This document shows, in pieces, positions 19,269 through 29,800 of a stretch of 64,000 bases of DNA. The translations under genes were made by a program, and so were the position numbers. Source of the DNA: Candidatus Bathyarchaeota archaeon (lineage in GTDB: Archaea; Thermoproteota; Bathyarchaeia; Bathyarchaeales; Bathycorpusculaceae); contig OY970280.1 in assembly GCA_963715865.1 (NCBI GenBank), positions 1,376,001 through 1,440,000 on the forward strand, written 5' to 3'. How positions within the stretch are numbered: position 1 is the first letter of the stretch; each line of letters starts with the position of its first letter. Under the pieces are notes generated by a model. That model ran no database searches and was not told the origin of the DNA. It saw only the letters and a program-made list of their open reading frames with translations.

Positions 19269-20601
19269 TTATTCCCTGTTTAATTTAACACTGCTTTGAC
19301 TGTACGTTGATGGTTGTGCAAGCGTAAGTTGTTGGCTATCTGTCGAGTAATAGTTTAGATTGCTTATTGAAGCGTTAAGGTTCATGTTTGCCAATGCATC
19401 GTATGATGGCGAGTACAGGTTGCCTGCGTTGTATCGATATGCCGCTGGGCATTCACTTCCACTAGCATTAATTTGGATTAGTTGAGTTGATGTAAGCATA
19501 GTTTTGAACCCAATTGAGCAATGTGGCGTTGGGTGCAGTCTGACTAACTAGGGGTACAAAGGGACTGAACAATTGCTGTCCATAAGTTGACACCCCATAG
19601 TTTGCTATTAATTGTTGACCTTCATCAGAAACTAGCCAGTTCACAAAAGTCAATGCAGCGTTAAAGTTTATGCCGGTTAGGGCGGCGTTTTGCGGGTTGT
19701 CGATTATTGCGCTGTACACGTTTAGTAGGGCTTGTTGCGCTTGAATCTCAATTTTCAGTTGTATAGGTTGTATAGAGCTAGGATTAGAGTAGGCGAGGTA
19801 GGTGCCTGTGTCTGACAGGATGTATCCATTTAGTTGGTCAGCCACCTGTAGTGAAGCTCCCATGCCTAAACCTGTGGATTTGAACCATGTGGTATTGGTA
19901 ACAAGTTGAGTGTAGGTGTAGCCTGCAGCTTTCCATAGATTACTCTCTGCGGTGGCTGTGCCTGAACCATCATTTCTAGTGACCCATATGACTTGACTAT
20001 TGGTTTGTGCCGCATTGTAGATATTTATCAAGGCTTGGCTTACGTTAGTCATACCACTGATGCCTGCAGGGTCATTTGCAGGTCCAACGATGACAAAGAA
20101 GTTGTATGCTATGATTTTGCGGTCTACTCCATATCCGCCTGTCAAGAAAGAGACTTCCTGCGATGGGGAATGAACCAGTATCATGTCTGCATCGCCTCTC
20201 TGGGCGCTTTGTATTGCAGCGCCAGTTCCTTGTGCAACAAAGTTGACTGTTATCCATGGATATTTAGTTTGGAAGGCAGTTTTTATGTTGCCTGTTCCGT
20301 TGTCTTCGAGTCCTGTGTCGTGGAGGCTTGTGGTTGTTGCAACTGTCAGTGTTGTGGGGCTAGGAGTTGGGGTTGGTGACGGCGTAGGGGAAGGAGATGG
20401 GGTAGGGCTTGCAGTTGCGGTTGGAGAAGGAGATGGTGACGCTGAAGGGCTTGGAGATGGACTTGCAGTTGGAGTAGGCGTAGGTGTTGGCTGATTGTTT
20501 TGCTCTGTGTTTTGCACATAAATGTAAGCAGCGTAAGCGCCTATTCCAGATACAATTATGACTATTAAAAGAACTGTTATTATTTTTGTTACTGTATTCA
20601 T
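19269..20601 (-). CDS. tupA: Tungstate-type ABC substrate-binding protein (TupA-like); C-terminal ~70 aa apparently displaced by a 1-nt insertion at 19475-19476
   Basis: [33 protein letters not shown] and LSDTGT; N-terminal TM plus Pro/Ser/Thr linker. The main frame stops at 19468 and the overlapping ORF 19269-19499 continues in the same compositional style. Confidence 0.8.
20352..20490 (-). repeat. Coding low-complexity repeat (PT/PS dipeptides) in the TupA linker
   Basis: Encodes [46 protein letters not shown]. Confidence 0.85.
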
Positions 20602-20624
20602 TTTTTTCACTGTTTTTAGGGGAA

Positions 20625-20648
20625 CGTTATGCATATATAAGCATATCG
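20625..20648. promoter_or_regulatory. Candidate ModE operator overlapping the tupA TATA box
   Basis: CGTTATGCATATATAAGCATATCG, a 24-bp dyad with CG-N-TAT...ATA-N-CG spacing like the bacterial ModE consensus, starting 24 nt upstream of the tupA ATG. Confidence 0.7.
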
Positions 20649-20709
20649 GCAACTAAGCGATTGAAACAACATACCCATTAACAAAAAAATAAGCATTAAC
20701 CGAGCAAAC

Positions 20710-20943
20710 CTAAGCAGGGCATTTCCTTTCGTCCGCCAATTCGCAAAGAATTACCAGTGCTTCACCAAGCGGCATGCCAAGCCTTTCCACAAGCTCGTTT
20801 GCGGTGACATCGACTTTTTGAGGCAATATGCTGTCACGAGTGTAAGCCTTATGAGTCGGGTACATAACCGAGGCATGAACCGCCTCAACTAGCAACTTCC
20901 AAAGTTTCTCTTTAGAGTACTCTTCCAAATTCATAGGCATCAA
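20710..20943 (-). CDS. Small hypothetical protein (77 aa)
   Basis: Compact ORF with plausible helical composition, filling the gap between tupA and the ADH gene. Confidence 0.65.
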   Translation of the reverse strand: MMPMNLEEYSKEKLWKLLVEAVHASVMYPTHKAYTRDSILPQKVDVTANELVERLGMPLGEALVILCELADERKCPA

Positions 20944-21052
20944 CCATGAATACGTTGTTAAGGTTATTAGTCTACCGCAAATGCACTTACAAAACAGGCA
21001 ACAAACTTAATACCTCGTTTTTGCTGCTTGAATTATCAGAGGTTGACTTTTT

Positions 21053-22024
21053 TTGAAAGCAGCTGTTTACCGAGGACCACATAACATCAAAATCGAGGAA
21101 GTCCCGGAGCCAGAAGTTTCGGGCAGAAAAGTGCTTGTGAAATTTAAGGCTGGAAGCATCTGCGGAACTGACATGCACCTTTACCGGGGCGAGTGGAAAT
21201 GGATGAAAAAAGGCTTGATAATCGGACATGACGCTTGGGGAGTCCGAGAAGACACGGGTGAACGAGTTGTTATGGTACCCGTGGCGAATTGCGGTCACTG
21301 CTACTATTGCCTCAGGGGACTACCAACCTATTGTGTTCGGGGCAAATTTTACGGCCTTACACGAGACGGTTTCTTCGCAGAAACCAAAGCCATGCTACCT
21401 AGAAGCCTAATTCCCATACCCTCAAACGTCAGTGACGAGGAAGCAGCGATAGTGGAACCAGTCGCTTTGGCACTTCGCGTGTTGGATTACTTGAAGCCTA
21501 ACGTTGGCGATTGGGTTACCGTAGTTGGGCAGGGACCAATTGGGTTGCTGATGACTCAGGTGGCACTGATGAAAGGTTGCCGAGTTATAGCTGTAGATTT
21601 GGAGGATTACAGGCTTGAATTTAGCCAGAAGTATGGTGCAGACGCAGTAATTAATGCTAAAAAAGAAGATGTTATCGAAACTGTTAGAAAATTAACAAAG
21701 AGGGGCTCAGATTTTGTGATTGAAGCTGCAGGAACCACTCGCACAGTAGAGCAAACGCCCTATTTGGTTAGAAAAGCTGGCAAAGTCGCGCTGGTAGGCG
21801 AGTCTGAGGGTTACTTGAACTTGGCGGATGCCGATGAAGCCTTGTTTTTCACAATTTACATCTCGCCCGTTGAGTATCCGTCGGCTGTAGAATTAATCGC
21901 TAGAAAACTTGTGGATGTGAAAGGGCTTATTACGCACAGGTTTAAGCTTGCTGAATTTGAAAAGGCGCTGCAAACAGTTGATACTCCATCGGAAAAGCCT
22001 TTGAAAGTTATCATAACTCAATAA
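21053..22024 (+). CDS. Zn-dependent alcohol/sugar-alcohol dehydrogenase (MDR family)
   Basis: ICGTDMH, GHD, CGHCYYC...C structural Zn site and GQGPIGL. Confidence 0.92.
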   Translation: MKAAVYRGPHNIKIEEVPEPEVSGRKVLVKFKAGSICGTDMHLYRGEWKWMKKGLIIGHDAWGVREDTGERVVMVPVANCGHCYYCLRGLPTYCVRGKFYGLTRDGFFAETKAMLPRSLIPIPSNVSDEEAAIVEPVALALRVLDYLKPNVGDWVTVVGQGPIGLLMTQVALMKGCRVIAVDLEDYRLEFSQKYGADAVINAKKEDVIETVRKLTKRGSDFVIEAAGTTRTVEQTPYLVRKAGKVALVGESEGYLNLADADEALFFTIYISPVEYPSAVELIARKLVDVKGLITHRFKLAEFEKALQTVDTPSEKPLKVIITQ

Positions 22025-22422
22025 GCGTTCCAAAGAGCATCGTTTACCGCAAAGAGTCCCCTTCAACGTGGGTATAACATTGTATTTTCTCTTTTTGCGT
22101 GTCTGCATTGCGGTCACTGATTTAATCACATGGTTAAACGATGCTTAAAAATTAGATGAAAGAAAGTTCTATGCACCTTTCAGGTAAGCAATGAGTTTTC
22201 CCCAATCGCCTGTTTTTTTCATTTCGTTGTTTTTCAGTAAATCAAATCGCTTTTTGCTGTATAGTCCACCGACTTTTGGATAGACACGCCTTGAAATAAT
22301 TATTGCTGAAGCCAGAAGCCATGTCGGGAAAAGATTATAGTGCTTAACCAGTAGCAGTTTTCTCGAATTTGGCCGTAAGCCAGGTGAGCAGCTAAAACGG
22401 GTTTTTCGACCTAAAACAATTT

Positions 22423-23163
22423 ATGTCACTCAAGCTTCGAAGTGTTTTGGTGAACAGAACGATGCCCTATGAAGCTTACGACCTTCGAGTTTTTTCCGCT
22501 GGGGCCGTTGCTCCGCCTCTTCTTGATGCAGCGGAATTATTTGAAAAAGAGTTCCAAATCAAATTCGAGGTAAGAGCGGGCAAACCAGGCGAACTCTTAG
22601 ACGAGATAGAACGGTCTAAATCAGGTGACGTCTTCTCTTCGGGAGCAGAATACATCCTCGACGAGGCAGAAGACCGAGGGCTAATAATTAAAGGCTCAAG
22701 AAAAAGCCTAGGCTACCGAAGATCAGTAATACTCGTGCCAGTAGGCAACCCAGCAAAAATCACATCCCTTAAAGACCTATGCAGAAAAAACGTCAAAATC
22801 GGAATAGCCATAGACGGATGCCTAAAAGGCGTATGGGATGACATAGCAAGCAAAGCAGGACTAACAGACCAGATGCGCCTTAACATCACGCACCATGCTG
22901 ACGCATGCGGCTCGCTTATGGGTCTAATTCACTCGGGCAAAGTTGACGCCATAATCGGCTGGAACGCCTTCCAAGGCGTGTGGCCAGACACCTGCGAAGT
23001 CATCGAACTGCCAGAACCTCTTCAAGTGTTTAGAAGCACAGTCGCTGGCATAGTCTCCTACACAAGAGACAAGGAGCTTTCCAAGAAATTCATAGACTAC
23101 CTAACCTCAGCGCCTATAAGGAAAATCTATGAAGGCTACGGCTGGATTTATCCGCGGAAGTGA
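22423..23163 (+). CDS. ModA-like molybdate-binding-fold protein lacking a signal or anchor
   Basis: FSAGAVAPPL, DVFSSGAEY, VGNPAKITSLKDL and G.VDAIIGW; no hydrophobic N-terminal segment. Confidence 0.75.
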   Translation: MSLKLRSVLVNRTMPYEAYDLRVFSAGAVAPPLLDAAELFEKEFQIKFEVRAGKPGELLDEIERSKSGDVFSSGAEYILDEAEDRGLIIKGSRKSLGYRRSVILVPVGNPAKITSLKDLCRKNVKIGIAIDGCLKGVWDDIASKAGLTDQMRLNITHHADACGSLMGLIHSGKVDAIIGWNAFQGVWPDTCEVIELPEPLQVFRSTVAGIVSYTRDKELSKKFIDYLTSAPIRKIYEGYGWIYPRK

Positions 23164-23172
23164 ACCGTCGAC

Positions 23173-23913
23173 TCAGGCAATTCTCTTTTTAAGTATCACA
23201 GTAGACAACGCCAGAAATATCACGGTAAACAAAGCCAAAACACCAATATCGACAGCGTAAGCCAAGGTTACCGTCGAGTTAGCGATGCTGCTCCTTAAAG
23301 CTTCCACCGAGTACGTAAGCGGCAGAAAACGGGCAACGACCTGCAATTGAAAAGGGTACGTTTCCAACGCTACGAAAGTACCTGAGAGAAAAACCATCGG
23401 GAACCTTAGAAAGTTGGAAATCATCTGTGCTTCGGGAACCCACTTCGCATAAGCCGAAGCGACGATACCAAGAGCTGAGAACGCCATGGAAGTGAATGCA
23501 ATGGCAACCACGGCTAATAGCGGGTTTAGAATTGCTACACCCGAAATTGCAGCTAGAGGAAAAAGCACCACTCCTGCGAGTATTAGGCCAAAGAAGAAGC
23601 CTGCTAACGCTTTCCCAAGCACGATTGTGAATAGTGATACGGGCGCGGCAAGTAGCCTGTCAAGAGTTCCAGTTTGCTTCTCCAGAACAACAGCCACAGC
23701 CTCAATAGATGTTGTTCCGAAAAGCATAACAAGAGAAGTCAGCCCCGCCACGATCAGTTTTGAACTGATGTTGCCAGCCATGCTAAACGCCAAGTATAAC
23801 GAGACTGGAATCAAGAGACCATAGGTGAAGTTAGGCGCCTTGAAATAGTAGACCTTGGCGTCCTTTTTGGCAATGTAAAACGCTTTCACGAAACTATCAA
23901 CAAACTTGGGCAT
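23173..23913 (-). CDS. ABC-2 type exporter permease
   Basis: EKQTGTLDRLLAAP, FLSGTF and PLTYSVEALR. Confidence 0.9.
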   Translation of the reverse strand: MPKFVDSFVKAFYIAKKDAKVYYFKAPNFTYGLLIPVSLYLAFSMAGNISSKLIVAGLTSLVMLFGTTSIEAVAVVLEKQTGTLDRLLAAPVSLFTIVLGKALAGFFFGLILAGVVLFPLAAISGVAILNPLLAVVAIAFTSMAFSALGIVASAYAKWVPEAQMISNFLRFPMVFLSGTFVALETYPFQLQVVARFLPLTYSVEALRSSIANSTVTLAYAVDIGVLALFTVIFLALSTVILKKRIA

Positions 23914-23947
23914 TTTCTAACCTTCTCCTGATTGACATTTTCATATC

Positions 23948-24700
23948 TCAATGAATAGTTCTCTTGAGCAAAACCACCGCAACCGCAAAAAAAATTGTGC
24001 AAAACAATATTAGAGCCCCTGTGTCGACAATGAGAGCTTGAACAACTATCTGACCTGTAGTTGCCTGGTGCAGCATGTTTACTGCATAAGTGACGGGAAG
24101 CAAGTAGGCCACTAACTGAAGAGAGCTTGGCATTGTTGCAATCGGAATGAATACGCCGCCCAAGAACACCATAGCCACACGAATAAGCGTTGCAGGCGGC
24201 ATAGCCTGTGGTACATCTTGAAATGGAGTTGAAATGCATACGCCTAAAGCTGAGAAAGCCAAGGCTGAGAGTACAATTCCAGAGGCAAAGAGGAATGGGT
24301 TTGCTATAGCAGCTCCAGGAAGCAGTAATGCAATTATCATATAGCCTATCGACAGAAATATTCCAAAGAAGAATCCTCCTAATGCTTTGCCAACTATTAT
24401 CGTTGTTAAAGAAATCGGAGCAGCGAGCAACCTGTCAAAAGTTCCTTTGGCTCTCTCCAAAGGCAATGCGATAGATTCAATCGCGCCTGCACCAAAAAGA
24501 GAAGACATCGCAACAAGACCTGGGATGATTAAGGAAACCTCGGTTGTTCTTCCAACTGAGAAAGCCAAGTAAATGATCGCTGGAAAGAGAAGTCCGAACG
24601 TAATGTTTGGTCCTTTGAAGAAGTATATTTTCGCGTCTTTTTCAGCTATATTAACTGCCGTTAACATGTTTTCCTTCAATGCTTCAATCAGGTTTTTCAC
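23948..24700 (-). CDS. ABC-2 type exporter permease
   Basis: ERAKGTFDRLLAAP, FLGGVF and PVTYAV; paralogue of the adjacent permease. Confidence 0.9.
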   Translation of the reverse strand: MKNLIEALKENMLTAVNIAEKDAKIYFFKGPNITFGLLFPAIIYLAFSVGRTTEVSLIIPGLVAMSSLFGAGAIESIALPLERAKGTFDRLLAAPISLTTIIVGKALGGFFFGIFLSIGYMIIALLLPGAAIANPFLFASGIVLSALAFSALGVCISTPFQDVPQAMPPATLIRVAMVFLGGVFIPIATMPSSLQLVAYLLPVTYAVNMLHQATTGQIVVQALIVDTGALILFCTIFFAVAVVLLKRTIH

Positions 24701-25671
24701 TCTTCTTTTTTCTTGGCATTATCCTTCTCTGTTTTCATGATTTCTGGGCTCAGACCTGTGAGTTTAACAAAAGCGTCTTCCAAGCTTGGTTTCAACGTGT
24801 TAATCGATATAATCTTTAGATTATTTTTCCGAGCGAAATCAACTAGTGAAGGGACTGCTTCGGAAGCGTCATCAACCTGAAGCCTGCACTTGTCGCCGAG
24901 CATTGAAACTTCGTTCACACAGCTTAAGCCTTTAATTTTGTCCTCTAAGTCGCCGGTTGCAGTGAAGGAAACTTCAATGACTTGATGCTTTTCGACTGAG
25001 GCTTTGAGTCTCTCTGGGCTGTCAACTGCGACTATTTTGCCTTTGTTTATCATGGCTATGCGTTGGCACAGTTGATCGGCTTCTTCGATGTAGTGGGTAG
25101 TGAGAAAAATAGTCACGCCTGTTCTATTGAGGTCTTTGATTAAGTTACGAATCATGCGGGAACTTTGAACGTCTAAGCCAGAAGTGGGCTCATCTAGGAA
25201 TAGCAAACTGGGCATGTGAACTAGAGCTGCTGCTATGGTTAGTCTTCTCTTCATGCCTTTAGAAAAAACTCCGGCTCGGTCTTTTCGACGTTCATAAAGT
25301 CCAAAGAGTTCCAGAAGTTCCTTTGCTTTTATTTCTCGTTGATTTTTGGGTACTCTGTAGAGTTGGGCTGCGAAGATAAGGTTGTCCCAGGCGCTCATTT
25401 CATCGTAGACGTTTGAGTTTTCAGGCACAACACCTATGGATTTTTTTGCCTCAATAGACTCTCGCACCATGTCCTTACCTGCAACTATCAGAGTTCCAGA
25501 AGTTGGCCTTGTTTGACCAGTCAACATTTTTGCGGTTGTTGTTTTACCAGCCCCATTGGGACCTAAGAAGCCAAAGATTTCACTTTGCTTGACCACAAAA
25601 CTTACGTGATCCACCGCCAAAAAGTTAGCGTAATACTTTGTTAAACCTTCAACCTCTATCGCATCCATCAT
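24697..25671 (-). CDS. ABC-2 type exporter ATP-binding protein (DrrA-like)
   Basis: GPNGAGKTT, FSKGMKRRL, LDEPTSGLD and C-terminal PSLEDAFVKLTG. Confidence 0.95.
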   Translation of the reverse strand: MMDAIEVEGLTKYYANFLAVDHVSFVVKQSEIFGFLGPNGAGKTTTAKMLTGQTRPTSGTLIVAGKDMVRESIEAKKSIGVVPENSNVYDEMSAWDNLIFAAQLYRVPKNQREIKAKELLELFGLYERRKDRAGVFSKGMKRRLTIAAALVHMPSLLFLDEPTSGLDVQSSRMIRNLIKDLNRTGVTIFLTTHYIEEADQLCQRIAMINKGKIVAVDSPERLKASVEKHQVIEVSFTATGDLEDKIKGLSCVNEVSMLGDKCRLQVDDASEAVPSLVDFARKNNLKIISINTLKPSLEDAFVKLTGLSPEIMKTEKDNAKKKEE

Positions 25672-25852
25672 GGTCTATGCCTTCGCTCTACACGTTGACT
25701 TCTTTATGGACGTGTCTATAAGATGAAGGTTTTTATTAAATGTGGAGCCTGGCTTGTGCTCTCTAATCAAAGAGCGAAGGGGTCTTCCAAGTTTTGACTC
25801 TTCATAATGCGTCAGCATATGGCTAAATGTTGGTTGTGTTAGTTTTGATTGT

Positions 25853-26152
25853 CTAGCCAGCGAATATTATGTAGATTCCGTTGGCAACGATGACGAAGCC
25901 TACAATATAGTCGTTGTATTTCTCAGGGACGTGCTCAAACGTTTTGGCAAGTCCCTTTGCGCCAACATGAACGAGAACCAATTGAGACAGAATCGAAGTT
26001 ACTACAAAGATAATGAGAAGATAGAACGCAAACAGCAATCCAACTGTAATGGAAGCAAGGAAGATAGGCGTGATACTTAGATCAGGAGAAAGCGCGGCTC
26101 CAAGAACCGCAAAGTATATTTCTTTTAGAGTAAGTGTTAACCCCAATTTCAC
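25853..26152 (-). pseudogene. Probable C-terminal fragment of a membrane transporter-like protein
   Basis: 99-aa hydrophobic ORF (ALSPDLSITPIFL...) with no room for an N-terminus before the divergent HAD gene. Confidence 0.35.
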
Positions 26153-26176
26153 AAATAGAAAACGGAGCTAACAATC

Positions 26177-26857
26177 GTGCCTGTAGAAGCGGTAATATTT
26201 GATTTAGACGGAACACTTGCCAACTTCAACCTAGATTACAAGACGCTCCGTGCTGAAGTCAGAAGTTACCTAATTAGAACAAGTGTCCCCGCATCCCTTC
26301 TAAACGTTAACGAAAGCATTTTTGAAATGCTGAAAAAAGCCGAGATTTTCGTCAAAAACAACGGTAAACCCGCTGGAACATTTGAGGAAGTCCGCAGTCA
26401 AGCCTTTGCCATCGCAGAGAAATATGAGATGGAAGCTGCCTCAACCACAAGTTTGCAGCCAGGAGCCAACGAAACGCTGAAGGAGTTGAAGCGGATGAAT
26501 TTGAAAATGGGTTTATGCACTACCAGCAGCGACAAAGCCGCAAATTATATTCTGCAACGCTTTAAAATAGAAGATTTCTTCCAGAGTGTGGTTTCCAGAA
26601 ACAAAGTAAAGTACGTTAAACCGAATACGGAACAGTTTGAACTGGCACTTAAAGCGTTAGGCGCACGTCCAAAAGCCGCTGTGATAGTTGGAGACAGCAC
26701 GGTGGACATGCAAAGTGCAAAGGAATTGAAAGCCATCGCAGTAGGTTTACCAACAGGCCTTTCCACAATGGAGCAGTTGATGAACAATGGCGCAAACTAC
26801 ATTATAACTTCATTAACTGATTTGCCAGTCCTTATAAAGAAAATAAATGAGAATTAA
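26177..26857 (+). CDS. HAD-superfamily hydrolase (phosphoglycolate phosphatase-like)
   Basis: FDLDGTL, CTTS, KP and VGDSTVD. Confidence 0.92.
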   Translation: MPVEAVIFDLDGTLANFNLDYKTLRAEVRSYLIRTSVPASLLNVNESIFEMLKKAEIFVKNNGKPAGTFEEVRSQAFAIAEKYEMEAASTTSLQPGANETLKELKRMNLKMGLCTTSSDKAANYILQRFKIEDFFQSVVSRNKVKYVKPNTEQFELALKALGARPKAAVIVGDSTVDMQSAKELKAIAVGLPTGLSTMEQLMNNGANYIITSLTDLPVLIKKINEN

Positions 26858-29800
26858 GCAGCGGTAACGACGTCGTCTTTGCATACGAGTTGTCTTTCTC
26901 TTACCAACCGCTTCAGTATCTCGGAGAAAATTTCTTTTGCTCCTTCGCCTGAATGGTTTATCCCAAATACTTTTGCGGTCTCAGCAATCAATGAATCCTC
27001 ACTTATTCCTAAAGCGTACTGAGCAACCAGTTTCATAGCGGACTCGACTTCTTCAGGCGGAATATACTCAGGTTTCCGTTTGGATTCAGGTATGCCTTGG
27101 ACTGGAACTCGGATTGGTGTTTCTTTGAGTTCAGGCGGCCAAAGGAAGCTGCCTTTGATTACTACTTTTTGTTCTCTTAGCAAGTTGCTGAGTGCTTCTT
27201 TCACAGCATGAGTTATTTGCGGTGTTACCTGTTTGATTCCCCATGCGGATGCTAAACGTTCAACTGCATAATCATAGTGAACTGGGCCTTCCTTTTCCAC
27301 AAGTTCCACAAGGAGTTTTGTTTGGATTTCTCTGTTTTCTGGGAAATGAAACTCGTTTTTTTGTCGGGAATCGTATGTGGAGTTGGCTGTGGCAACTTTA
27401 ATGTAAGGATTAAACGTTGCTTTGAGCGGGTGAATTTTGTAGGGTACGCCGATTTTTTCGATGCCTGCAAACTGGATTTTTTGAACGTCAGTTTTTGGTA
27501 CCAAACTCTCTTTAACATCAACAATTGGTTTTTGAGCGTCTTTTTCAAGCTGTAACTTGTGAGCTTGTTCAAGAGCTTCTTTTAGCCGTCGGATTTCAGA
27601 GTCGCGCCTTGCAACCCAAGCTGGAGACCAAATACGGTAAATCCGCCAGCCTAACTGCCTTAGCACTTGCTCGCGTAGTCTGTCTCTGTCTCGTGCGCTG
27701 TTGCTGGATTTGTATGTGGCGCCGTCGCATTCTACTCCTAACAGGAAAGATCCAGGGTTAACTGGGTCAACTATGCCAATGTCAATTCTGTAACCGCTGC
27801 AGCCCACTTGTGGAACAACCTCGTAGCCCATCTTTTTTATTTCCGCTGCCACGTCTTCATCTAAAGCTGACTCGAACTCGCCTTCTTTTGGCATAGCTGA
27901 CTCCAATGTTTCAGGTCCTCTCTCAGCATAATCAAGATAGTAACGTAGAGTTTGCACGCCGACTGCTTTAGTGTCAGGGTCAATGTCAGAAGACTTAATT
28001 GAAGTGATCAATAGTACTTTTTCTCGGGCACGTGTGACTGCAACGTTTAAGCGTCTTTCGCCGCCAGGCTTGTTTAATGGGCCAAAGTTCATTGTCATTT
28101 GTCCCTGCTGGTCGTACCCGTAGCCGACGCTGAAGAATATGACGTCGCGTTCGTCGCCTTGAACGTTTTCTAAGTTCTTAACGAAAAAGCCTTCCAATCG
28201 GTCTTCCTTAAAGAACGGCTCGAAATCAGGCTGCTCTTTTAATCGGCGGTCTATGGCTTCTTCAACGGCTTCCATTTGTGCTATGCTGAAGGTTACAACG
28301 CCTAAGGTTTTCTTTGGATATAAGCGGAAGTGCTCAAAGACGAGGTCTGCTACTTTTTCAGCTTCTTTGAGGTTGTCTCTTTTGCCGCCTCGGTCATAGA
28401 TGCCGTCTGGAACGTGGATTAGTTTTACGCCCAGGGTGTCATGTTGAGCTTTTGCTGCTGGGAAAGTTATTAGTGTGTCATCGTAGAAGCGGTGGTTTGA
28501 GAACGCAATTAACTCTTCATGTTTGCTGCGGTAGTGCCACCTTAAAGTTTTAACTGGCAATCCAATGCCTAAACACTCGTCCAGTATGCTGTCGAAGACT
28601 TCAACGTCCTCGTCGCTTAACTCGTCCCAGTCAACATCGTCGATTAGGTTTTTCTGGAAGAACGATGTGGGCGGCAACTGCTTGTTATCTCCTGCAACAA
28701 CCAGTGTTTTTCCACGGTAAATTGCGCCGATAGCGTCTTCAGGGACAATTTGCGATGCCTCATCGAACAGGACTAAGTCAAACTTGTTGCTTTCAGGGGG
28801 AAGGAACTGGCTTACCGTCAGGGGACTCATCAGCAAACAAGGCTTTAGTTTAACAAGCAGGTTAGGAATCTTTTGCAGTAACGTGCGAATCGGCATTAAA
28901 CGCCTCTTCTTTGCCGCTTCCTTGAGAAGAATGTTAGCTTCTGAATCGGCTGCTTGAACCAGTATGTCTTGGGGTTTTCTGCTGTTTGCCGCTTCAATAA
29001 CCATGCTGGATGTCAATCGAATAAGGTCTTGGTCTAGTTTTTTGAAGTCAGCGATTAACTGCTCATGGTTTTCCCTTCTGAACCTGCCGAGCTTAGGGTC
29101 TTCGTTGTAGAGGTTGTTTATCCATTCTTGATAGACGCCTCTGCGGAAAACATCCACCAGGTCTGCTGCTGGAATACGCTGTTCCGCCAAGCGACTGAAG
29201 AACTGGTCTAAGCCTCTTAAGGCAAAACGGTTTTTGATGTCTTTGAAGTCAATCCAAACCTGCAGGTCATCAACGCGGTCTCGAAGCGCTTTGATTCGTT
29301 CGCCGATTACTTTTATTTCTAAATCTTTTAGTTTTTGGTTTTGGTATTTCATTTCTGTTTCAAAGCGCGCTTCAAAATCAGCCAGAGCTTTTAACGAAGC
29401 GTCGTACTTTTGGTTTAGTTCTGTGCTTGATGGTGCAGCGGTTGGTCCTTGAGCGGCAATTTGTGCGAAGGCTTGTGGAACTGGGATGTCAGCGAATGCT
29501 GCTTGAACTTTTTTTGTCCATTCGAGAACTGTTAGGATGTCTTGCCAGTTCGTTTCCAGCTCATTGAAGCGTGCGCCGAATTTTGCTTGTAGTTGGGCTT
29601 TTTCGCCTATGATGGCGGCTTCTTTCTTTCTTATGTCCTCAGCGTTTTTGAGGTCGACTAGGAGTTGCTTGTAGTTTTGGGGTTCTTGTTTGCATGTTGT
29701 TAGTGTGTCTTTTGTTAGTGTGCACAACGGGTTTAGTTGTTTTTCTGTTTCGTTCGTCCATTCCTCCAGTAGTGGCAGTGGCGTTTGAGTGATGGATGCA

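Noticed and set aside
22150-22360. Possible minus-strand gene fragment (…RRVYPKVGGLYSKKRFDLLKNNEMKKTGDWGKLIAYLKGA)
   Set aside because: No credible start and no family I can recognise.
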